From Chlorokybus atmophyticus (Eukaryota > Plantae > Mesostigma and Chlorokybus algae), in assembly GCA_009103225.1 (NCBI GenBank), contig RHPI01003369.1, positions 751,500 to 815,499 on the forward strand: 64,000 nt of DNA, read 5' to 3'. This document shows, piece by piece, positions 63,393-64,000 of this stretch. Below the pieces are notes generated by a model that had not been told where the DNA came from, ran no database searches, and was given only the letters and a program-made list of their open reading frames with translations. Within the stretch, counting starts at the first letter, position 1; every line of letters begins with the position of its first letter. Made by a program: the position numbers and the translations under genes.

Positions 63393-64000
63393 TCACATTA
63401 TGCCGTTTCGCAACACCTCGTTCATTACCGCGTACAACTTCACTTGATCCTTCCCAAGCCTGGAGCATTTAGCCTGGAGGGCGCTGATGGTTTCCGCCTG
63501 GGTGCTGATTGTTCCCTCCATGTTGTCCATGCGGGTTCGCAGTGCAGGTACGCCTGCTGTACTGATGGCAACCTGCTGCAGCATGTCGGCTAAGTGCTGC
63601 AGCTGCGGCTGCGGCTCGGGCTGGGGCTGGGGCTGGGGCGGTGTCTGCTCGGGCGCGGGCGCGGGCTCAGGTGCGGGATGCCCTGGCTCGGCCAGCACAT
63701 CGTGTATGTCACGGCCATTGATACGCCAGCAGCTGCTGCCATGGCGCTGCTTGTAGTTGCCGTGGCGTCCAGGAGTCGCCACGCAGGTGTTCTGTATGAG
63801 GTTGGTAAAAGACTGATACAGAGGGGGGCGCTGGCAGTGACGGCAGCGTACGCCAACCAGCAGGCGCCTGCCGACCACTTCACGAACGATGACGTACTCG
63901 CCACGGCAGGCTCTTACTGGACGGCCATTAACCACGCAGCGCCTGGGCTTGCGGTTGCTGAGGACGGCGCCTTCAAACTTCAGGAGGACCTTGCTGCGCA
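63393..64000 (-). CDS. Hypothetical protein (5' end beyond window): Cys/His-containing domain, Pro/Gln linker, coiled coil
   Basis: Frame open from the window edge: RSKVLLKFEG...VGVRCRHCQRPPLYQSFTNL...GSSCWRINGRDIHDVL, then PAPEPAPAPEQTPPQPQPQP, then heptad LRTRMDNMEGTISTQAETISALQAKCSRL. High GC3. Confidence 0.6.
   Translation of the reverse strand, partial: RSKVLLKFEGAVLSNRKPRRCVVNGRPVRACRGEYVIVREVVGRRLLVGVRCRHCQRPPLYQSFTNLIQNTCVATPGRHGNYKQRHGSSCWRINGRDIHDVLAEPGHPAPEPAPAPEQTPPQPQPQPEPQPQLQHLADMLQQVAISTAGVPALRTRMDNMEGTISTQAETISALQAKCSRLGKDQVKLYAVMNEVLRNGIM

Overview
Intron-rich eukaryotic nuclear DNA (GT-AG introns, many CA/TG microsatellites). The plastid-type genes (CRL/CpcT, CYP26-2) and the plant-like LSM1 C-terminus point to a green-lineage alga, possibly an early-diverging streptophyte; this is inference. 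The window has two compartments separated by an N-gap and an AT-rich block at about 31-34 kb. Left half (1-30.5 kb), accessory-like: a 6-exon gene of the bacterial/fungal RYLWxDAF hypothetical family; five copies of an intron-containing erythromycin-esterase (EreA/EreB-like) family gene, of which one looks intact (26872-30464), two are full-length pseudogenes and two are 3' fragments (one inverted); a two-exon F-box gene; and a decayed RLE-type non-LTR retrotransposon ending in a perfect 17-bp hairpin. Right half (34-64 kb): a compact block whose genes alternate strictly in orientation (hypothetical membrane protein, CRL, a very large coiled-coil protein, a hypothetical, CYP26-2, an UNC-93-like MFS transporter, LSM1, a 10x CCHC zinc-knuckle protein, and an ORF running off the window end). 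All exon structures were assembled by eye from splice signals and reading frames. No database searches were run. No tRNA, rRNA or CRISPR array was recognised.
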